Of a stretch of 64,000 nt of DNA, positions 63,401-64,000 are shown piece by piece. Position numbers and translations under genes: made by a program. Below the pieces are notes generated by a model. The model was not told the origin of the DNA. It was given only the letters and a program-made list of their open reading frames with translations, and ran no database searches. Source of the stretch: Eledone cirrhosa (taxonomy: Eukaryota). The DNA lies in assembly GCA_964016885.1 (NCBI GenBank), contig OZ024743.1:133362001-133426000 (forward strand), read 5' to 3'. The first letter of the stretch is position 1, and the number at the start of each line of letters is the position of its first letter.

Positions 63401-64000
63401 GTGCTTGGTGCTTGGTGTTTGGAGTTTGGTGCTTGGTGCTTGGTGTCTGGTGTTTCGTGCTTGGTGCTTGGTGCTTGGTGTTTGGTGTTTGGTGCTTGGT
63501 GTTTGGTGCTTGGTTCTTGGTGCTTGGTGTTAGGTGTTTGGTGCTTGGTGCTTGGTGTTTGATGTTTGGTCCTTGGTGCTTGTTGTTTGGTGTTTGGTGC
63601 TTGGTGCTTGGTGTTTGGTGTTTGGTGCTTGCTGCTTGCTGCTTGGTGTTTGGTGCTTGGTGATTGGTGCTTGGTGTTTTATGCTTGGTGCTTGGTGTTT
63701 GGTGTTTGGTGCTAGGGACTTGGTGCTTGATGCTTGATGTTTGGTGCTTGGTGCTTGCTGTTTGGTGTTTGGTGCTTGGTGCGTGGGACTTAGTGTTTGG
63801 TGTTTGGTGCTTGGTGTTTTGTGCTTGGTGTTTGGTGCTTGGTGCTTGGTGTTTGGTGTTTGGTGCTTGGTGCTTGGGGCTTGGTGTTTGGTGCTTAGTG
63901 TTTGGTGCTTGGTGTTTGGTGCTTGGTGCTTGGTGCTTGGTGTTTGGTGTATGGTGTTTGGTGCTTGTTGTTTGGTGCTTGGTGCTTGGTGATTAGTGTT
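58450..64000 (+). repeat. 3654-bp-offset duplication (~58450-60346 repeated at ~62104-64000, truncated by the window end)
   Basis: Identical ORFs 58505/62159, 58788/62442, 59880/63534, 60010/63664, 60087/63741. 3654 = 522x7. Confidence 0.9.

Larger units (their letters stand above)
1..64000 (+). repeat. Heptamer satellite array (TTGGTGY)n, ~9,140 monomers, single orientation, extending beyond both window edges
   Basis: Every line parses as TTGGTGC/TTGGTGT monomers plus variants with one or a few substitutions (TTGCTGT, TTGATGT, TTAGTGT, CTGGTGC, TTGGTCC, TTCGTGC, TTGGGGT, TTGGAGT, TTGGTAC, TTGGTGA). No inverted (CACCAA on +) segment or unique DNA seen. Confidence 0.99.

Noticed and set aside
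10-63996. Hundreds of + strand ORFs encoding LVLGAWC-type hydrophobic repeats (up to 566 aa)
   Set aside because: The same peptide appears in all three frames. Starts are TTG/GTG inside the monomer, ends are sporadic TGA/TAG/TAA variants, and there are no unique domains or expression signals. Artefact of the 7-mer.
1-64000. CRISPR array or other repeat-spacer system
   Set aside because: There are no unique spacers; all sequence between landmarks is the same heptamer. No cas-like or reverse-transcriptase ORF is present.
1-64000. Canonical telomere tract
   Set aside because: No TTAGGG/TTTAGGG/TTGGGG arrays; isolated TTAGG or TTGGGG occurrences are point variants of the satellite.
1-64000. Pure sequencing or assembly artefact (low-complexity stutter)
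   Set aside because: Rare variants recur in fixed order at exact offsets, and HOR copies carry hierarchical private differences, which random error would not produce. Copy number could still be misassembled.
1-64000. RIP or CpG-deamination origin of the C/T dimorphism
   Set aside because: The variable C is followed by T, not G or A. The abundant TpG/CpA sites that RIP would convert to TpA are mostly intact.
1-64000. Stable G-quadruplex array
   Set aside because: Only GG doublets separated by 5-nt loops; at best weak two-tetrad structures, not supportable from sequence alone.
1-64000. Duplication offsets preferentially multiples of 21 bp (462, 105, 2142, 399, 3423, 8400, 1722, 3654)
   Set aside because: Many offsets are not (1141, 875, 77, 280, 644, 1757, 8456, 3220). 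The sample is too small and non-independent to claim a bias.
1-64000. Bacterial short heptamer repeats (e.g. cyanobacterial STRR-type)
   Set aside because: Those are short intergenic tracts among genes; here there are no genes across 64 kb and the motif differs.

Overview
The whole 64-kb window is one uninterrupted, single-orientation heptamer satellite. The consensus is TTGGTG(C/T) on + (canonical rotation AAGCACC/AAACACC on -), about 9,140 monomers, running off both ends. I see no credible gene, RNA gene, mobile element, CRISPR array or unique sequence. All ORFs in the track are by-products of a stop-free 7-mer read in 3-nt frames (LVLGAWC/LVFGVWC on +, STKHQAP/NTKHQTP on -). The information is in the higher-order structure. 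(i) The 7-bp register is almost perfectly kept: 18 six-bp monomers from only 5 distinct deletion events explain every phase shift I checked, and 29288-56216 shows no net phase change. (ii) A left domain (1 to ~27600) is built from near-identical kb-scale higher-order repeats (HORs) with periods 5318, 5318, 4378, 3071, 4379 and 4302 bp, a 7449/7450-bp super-duplication and nested 1141- and 462-bp duplications. (iii) A transition zone has 875- and 1826-bp periods. (iv) The right part is a mosaic of 0.3-8.5-kb duplications whose offsets are multiples of 7 once the known deletions are counted. (v) Rare variant monomers in fixed order recur in all domains, pointing to one ancestral HOR. The most likely identity is eukaryotic heterochromatic (centromeric, pericentromeric or subtelomeric) satellite; organism and function cannot be determined from sequence alone. 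Periods come from offsets of identical ORFs and marker monomers; block boundaries are approximate (tens of bp).
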